A stretch of 64,000 nucleotides of DNA from Octopus vulgaris (Eukaryota). The translations under genes were made by a program, and so were the position numbers. Numbering within the stretch: position 1 is the first letter of the stretch; each line of letters starts with the position of its first letter. The notes under the pieces were generated by a model. It was not told the origin of the DNA. It saw nothing but the letters and a program-made list of their open reading frames with translations, and did no database searches. The stretch spans positions 62,806,001 through 62,870,000 of the forward strand of contig OX597827.1 in the NCBI GenBank assembly GCA_951406725.2. The letters are read 5' to 3'. Of this stretch, positions 58,246 to 64,000 are shown piece by piece.

Positions 58246-59907
58246 GAAAATGATTTTAATTCTTCCGTGTTAATCGATCTATCTGATTAATAAGAGGTAA
58301 CTTCTCCTTTTATCCCGTTACTCTTTCTTTCTTATTACAGATTTATCTACGACCCAATTTTTCCTCTGTATTTTCCTCACTGCGTACCTCTACTTCTGTC
58401 CTTAAGCATTATAAATGTAATATTTTTTTGAAAACAGCCTCGATACAGCTTGATAACCCGAAAGGTGAAACTATAGTAATTCAATATAAATATTTTCGTA
58501 TGATCAAAATATAAAACTTATACACACTACCAAGAAATATATTATGTCTTGAAATCTAAATTAAATAAAGTTCGGTAGTCAAAAACTATATCTTTGCGCA
58601 GTCTGATGATTCTAAAAATTCTTATGAAATTTACCATTAAGTCTGCCATATATTTCTCTTACAGATAATTACCAATGCATGTAAAAAAAAATAATTTTAT
58701 TACATCATATCAGAAGCTATGAGTTTGCAAACGATTGAGATATAGTTGTGAGAATAGATACTTCACATTCAAAGACCAGACGAGAAAACACCTAAAACCT
58801 AAACACACACACACACACACAAACAAAAATATGAGATTTGTGAAGATTTCTAGATAATGTCTTGCCTACATTTATATTAACTACTCATTGAAGAATTGAA
58901 ATTTTTACCATTAAGACTGTTCTGCAGAGACGTGAATAAGTGGAAATCCGAAGGAGCAATATCTGGTGTATATGGAGTGTGGAGTGACACATCCCAGCCG
59001 AGCTGCAGCAATTTTTGTCTGGTTCCCAAAGCATCAAGTGCCGAAAAGGAACTTTCTTATCTTCCATTTTAAAGAGTTACAGAATTAACACAGGTTATAG
59101 GAAGATAAATCTTCTTCCACGAAAAGATAGCTTAAACTGTGCTCTAAATGGAGGTGTAGTAAAATCCTATTTTATGGACTCAACAACCATGTTCTAAAAG
59201 AATTCGAAATGTAAGCTACTATAAATCGGCACGAACTTTCCGGACAACCCAATATATTCACACATATGATTACGAAACCGGCGTTATTCACTGCACAGCT
59301 GCTTAAAAAGACTGTATGACTGAATTATTTTAAATTTAGTTACGCAAAAGTGTGTACACTTTCGACATTCATTCAGAGGTTGTTATATATAAATATGCTG
59401 TTTTAACTTCATCTTCTATGTTTAATGTAATCATACATACAGAGAAATTAAATGGCAAATAACGTACTTTGTGAAAGCATACCCTTCTTTCAACAAGCCG
59501 TTTCTAGTGCGTATTTCTGCCTAATATGAAAAGTTATTTTTCAAAACACTTTAATCCTCCCTAATCCCTTCTTAGAATTAATATCTTCTTGATATGAAGC
59601 CGTTAAAACGCTCAAATATTCTATTCCAATTCTCAAGAAAGTGAGTTTTCTTTCCACACGGTTTCGTCATCAACAACAAATTTAAATCGTAACATTTAAA
59701 CATACAAAGCTCTTATTTTATACATTATTTACATTATTTACATTTGACGGATATTTGTCCTCATATTGTTTGTTGTAAACACAACGTTTCGGCTGATACA
59801 CCCTCCAGCCTTCTTCTGGTGTCTTGGGGAAATTTCGAACCTGGGTTCTTATTCGTAAGGTATTTTCGATGTTATTATTATCATTATTATTATTATTATT
59901 ATTATTA

Positions 59908-60200
59908 TTCAGTAGTTTTATTTTTATTTTTTTAGCGTGCTTTCACTTCACTATTTACCATGAAGGGGCTTTTCTTGCCATCGTTTTATCATGGTTCTTT
60001 GCTGTTCTATTTTTAGTTTGGATTTCATTTTTTTTGTTTTCCTTCCTTCTGAAGTAGATATTTTTGCAGTCCTATGGTGGTTATTTTATAGTAGTTTTCC
60101 AGCTGTATAAGGCCTCTACCACCTCTATACGTTGTATATATAGTCTTTGTTTAGTATTGATCTAACTCGTCTATAATATTCTTTCTTTATTTTCTCTTTT
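59908..60200 (-). mobile_element. Multiply deleted miniature of the adjacent Dong/R4 copy
   Basis: Four collinear blocks matching ~60315-60353, 61152-61235, 61378-61490 and 61662-61712. Confidence 0.85.
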
Positions 60201-60225
60201 TTTTATTTATTTTTCGGTGTTATTA

Positions 60226-61854
<1,629 letters not shown>

Positions 61855-61876
61855 GTATTTGTTCAGGTCATTGTTT

Positions 61877-61918
61877 GGAATCGAACTCGGAATCTTGGGG
61901 TTAGTAACCACTACGCCA
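61877..61918 (-). promoter_or_regulatory. Pol III type 2 internal promoter (left arm)
   Basis: A box TGGCGTAGTGG (61908-61918) and B box GTTCGATTCC (61877-61886); spacer ~12 nt shorter than in the right arm. Confidence 0.75.
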
Positions 61919-61934
61919 TATGCTGACGGGCATA

Positions 61935-61989
61935 TGGCGTAGTGATTAAGTGCGCCGGCTACTAACCCCAAAATTCCGAGTTAAATTCC
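61935..61989 (+). promoter_or_regulatory. Pol III type 2 internal promoter (right arm)
   Basis: A box TGGCGTAGTGA and B-box-like GTTAAATTCC, each slightly mutated. Confidence 0.65.
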
Positions 61990-62008
61990 AAGCAGTGACC
62001 TGAACAAT

Positions 62009-62041
<33 letters not shown>

Positions 62042-62105
62042 AACAATAATAATAACACCGAAAAATACCTTAGGAATGAGAACCCAGGTTCGAAATTTCC
62101 CCCAA

Positions 62106-62151
62106 GGCACCTGAAGAAATCTGGAGGGTATATCAGCCGAAACGTTGTGTT
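62106..62151 (+). ncRNA. Type I hammerhead motif in the tail of the palindromic element (mirror copy ~59779-59823, minus)
   Basis: gcac-CTGAAGA-aatctg...cagcc-GAAA-CG-TT-gtgt; the mirror copy has an intact stem II ggctg/cagcc but core CAGAAGA. Confidence 0.7.
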
Positions 62152-62585
62152 AACAAACATGATGAGGACAAACATCCATCAAATGTAAATAATGTAAATA
62201 ATGTACATAATTCCTCATCTCTTAAATATAGAACTCTCTTATTTTATATAAGTATAAAGTAAAACGAATCGCGTTATTGTAAATTCGCCCTAGTTTGTAG
62301 TTTCATATTATTTACCGTTGACTTCAAATCATCAAACCTTAATATAACCACTCTGAAATCATTTATTTCCTACACTTCTCAATTACTTTTATCTCCTTTT
62401 TTATTTTTCGATATTCTTCTAATGTTTTTTTTATCTAACAAACATTTTTATATGCAATGCTTTTACAAACGTTTTTCTTCATAATTTTATAACTTAATGG
62501 ACAAATCTCTTGAGTATTATTATATTACAGTACACGTTAGATATATACAAATACATACACATGTGTGGATATATGGGTGTATAAG

Positions 62586-62617
<32 letters not shown>

Positions 62618-62684
62618 GGTCCCGGGTTGAGTCGGGGTTAACCACAGTAAATAAGGTACTCAATACATTGCAGAGTAAAGTAAT

Positions 62685-62806
62685 TTATTTTATAGAAGGA
62701 GTTCTACAGGACTAGAACTGTTTCATTCAGATGAAATCTTCAGGAAGCTTCCTGAAGATTTCATCTGAATGAAACAGTTCTAGTCCTGTAGAAGCTCCTT
62801 CTATAA

Positions 62807-62811
<5 letters not shown>
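62685..62811. repeat. 127-bp near-perfect palindrome with an HHR-like core in each arm
   Basis: Centre aagctt (62745-50), no spacer, one 1-nt indel; CTGAAGA...GAAAC in each direction. Confidence 0.92.
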
Positions 62812-62879
<68 letters not shown>

Positions 62880-63185
62880 ACATGGACATGATTATAAATA
62901 CATATACTCTTGACGTCATAAAGATTTTATGAACGTTCAAGAAAACATTATCCCGTTTTGGGAACTCTGGATTTTGAAGCACAACCTATAAGGCTATAAA
63001 TTATAGCATTGTTGAAATATTTGGTTGCAAAACTTATTCGGAATAGAACATGTTCAAAGATGACTGTCATATGTACCAGAGGTACTTTCTCTATCGAAAG
63101 ATTTTGCCGACGCAATATTTCAACGCTGTTATTTAGAGGTTTATGCAATATGCCGCGCAATCCAATGTTCCGAAACAGAATTTTT

Positions 63186-63312
<127 letters not shown>

Positions 63313-63484
63313 ATGTATGTATATATGTATGTATGAATATATATACGGACCAAATAATTCCCGAAAAAGTAATTTACGATGATATAATTAACTCCAGTGT
63401 AAAAATTCAAAAATGATAACAACAGAATCAATGATGTAGGCGAATGCAGCCCCCCTCCCAGAAAATATTAAATAGCTGAAAGAT

Positions 63485-63690
63485 TAAAATTAGTCAAAGG
63501 ACATATTAAGTATGTCTTATTTAAATTGCCAAATGTCTTATTTGAATTGCCAAACTAAACTGATGATAACTACAGAAAGTAACGGTTGATTCCTGCAGTT
63601 ATCATCAGTTTAGTTTGGCAATTCAAATAAGACATTTGACTGTTACTTCTTGTAGGTAGACATACATAATATGTCCTTTGATTAATTTAT
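63485..63690. repeat. ~200-bp fold-back with CTGATGA in each arm
   Basis: caaatgtcttatttgaattgccaaactaaactgatgataact versus agttatcatcagtttagtttggcaattcaaataagacatttg; outer arms also pair. Confidence 0.88.
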
Positions 63691-63863
63691 ATATATATAT
63701 ATACATAATTATAATTAGGGTTCAGCTAATTGCTTCACCACATACCAAATTTAGAAATAGGAGTTAAAATTCCTTTTCTGCTACTATAAGAATCTCCATG
63801 ATGGTAAACATACTTTTTAACGAAGGCAATGAGAAAAACAATGAATCAACACAACAAGGATTA

Positions 63864-63926
63864 ATTATATACGCGTTTCGAGATTAGAGTAATTTGAATT
63901 TTACTTACGTCTCTCTTCAGTATAAT
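63864..63926 (-). ncRNA. Type I hammerhead ribozyme with canonical core
   Basis: Minus strand: attata-CTGAAGA-gaga...tctc-GAAA-CGCG-TA-tataat; 6-bp stem I, palindromic ACGCGT, GUA site. Confidence 0.82.
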
Positions 63927-64000
63927 ATTTCCAATTTTTATAAAATTTGAAAGTGCTATGGCGGAATATGTACACAATTGAGAGTCATCATGTAACAGAT

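Noticed and set aside
59908-60200. Spliced (processed) Dong transcript
   Set aside because: Deletion ends are microhomologies, not GT-AG on the sense strand.

Overview
AT-rich, microsatellite-saturated animal DNA. The SINE repertoire is typical of an octopod cephalopod (Octopus-like; inferred from repeat families, not verified). I found no host protein-coding gene I can support, and almost all ORFs in the track are translations of (TA)n, (CA)n, (TATC)n, (TACA)n or triplet repeats, or of SINE bodies. The window holds dozens of copies of at least four tRNA-headed SINE families (my labels A-D), remnants of CR1-like, Dong/R4, RTE-like and L1/Tx1 LINEs, decayed Tc1 and mariner transposases, a non-autonomous Helitron and a MITE. 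The main unexplained signal is about a dozen minimal type I hammerhead ribozyme (HHR) motifs with palindromic stem III, mostly lying 5' of (TA)n tracts and often next to fold-back junctions. Two cases stand out: (i) a head-to-head palindromic element made of a tRNA-like Pol III head, a triplet microsatellite and an HHR tail, bounded by a 13-bp target-site duplication (59723-62235), later invaded by a (TAA)n-targeting Dong/R4 LINE; (ii) a 363-bp, 1.3-unit direct repeat carrying a near-canonical HHR (54616-55093) that resembles a non-LTR retrozyme. Coordinates were counted by hand and may be off by a few bases.
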